In this document: positions 63,919 through 64,000 of the stretch, piece after piece | How positions within the stretch are numbered: the first letter of the stretch is position 1 | How the letters are laid out: every line of letters starts with the position of its first letter | Source of the DNA: an uncultured virus (IMG/VR IMGVR_UViG_3300042568_000085) | Taxonomy: Duplodnaviria > Heunggongvirae > Uroviricota > Caudoviricetes | Virus record (IMG/VR): IMGVR_UViG_3300042568_000085 | Length of the DNA: 64,000 nt | Direction: 5' to 3' (one strand) | Made by a program: the position numbers and the translations under genes | The notes under the pieces: model-generated | Told to the model about the DNA's origin: nothing | What the model saw: only the letters and a program-made list of their open reading frames with translations | The model's database searches: none

Positions 63919-64000
63919 ACCTTAATTAAGTTAGCAATGTTATTGGCATCTAATAAGGTTGCTAACCTTCATAACTTAGGACAAAACATGAAATTCAAAG

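Larger units (their letters stand above)
57529..64000. mobile_element. Lambdoid replication/recombination/nin segment, probably the continuation of the siphovirus
   Basis: Second replication module (YdaU, P-like, NinB, ERF, exonuclease, SSB) that segment 1 lacks. Confidence 0.75.

Noticed and set aside
1..64000. Alternative genetic code or tRNA genes
   Set aside because: Core genes are full length in the standard code with all three stop codons used; no cloverleaf recognised by eye (tRNAscan not run)

Overview
The window is entirely tailed-phage DNA and contains two complete, incompatible virion modules. (A) An HK97-like siphovirus occupies 1-~19.6 kb and resumes at ~57.5-64 kb. It carries tail, neck, capsid, portal, terminase and HNH genes, a small early-gene island, nin-like genes, YdaU/P-like replication genes, ERF, an exonuclease and SSB. 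(B) A P22-like podovirus occupies ~19.6-57.1 kb. It carries Sak4/SSB/Cas4-like exonuclease/helicase, Cro, a C5-methyltransferase, a primase-helicase with an iteron origin, terminases, GroES, portal, tailspikes, scaffold, coat, tail hub, ejection proteins and lysis genes. The podovirus is bracketed by a ~380 bp direct repeat with one mismatch (19629-20007 / 57150-57528, offset 37,521 bp), so the window is either an assembly chimera of two co-occurring phages or a real cointegrate. No integrase, host genes, tRNA/rRNA or CRISPR array were recognised. Main observations: a CpG-depleted ~3 kb island at the predicted first-ejected end of the siphovirus, flanked by a DnaA-box cluster and palindrome/A-tract DNA; a DnaA-box plus dif-like cluster beside the podovirus terminase genes; a C5-MTase split over two fully overlapping frames; a T4 holin T-like (GAF) protein in a cassette with four membrane proteins; an ART-like protein sharing an NAL motif with the ejection proteins; tandem paralogous capsid and tail-tube genes; and a loop-E RNA hairpin present in both phages. 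All family assignments come from motif recognition by eye, not database searches.
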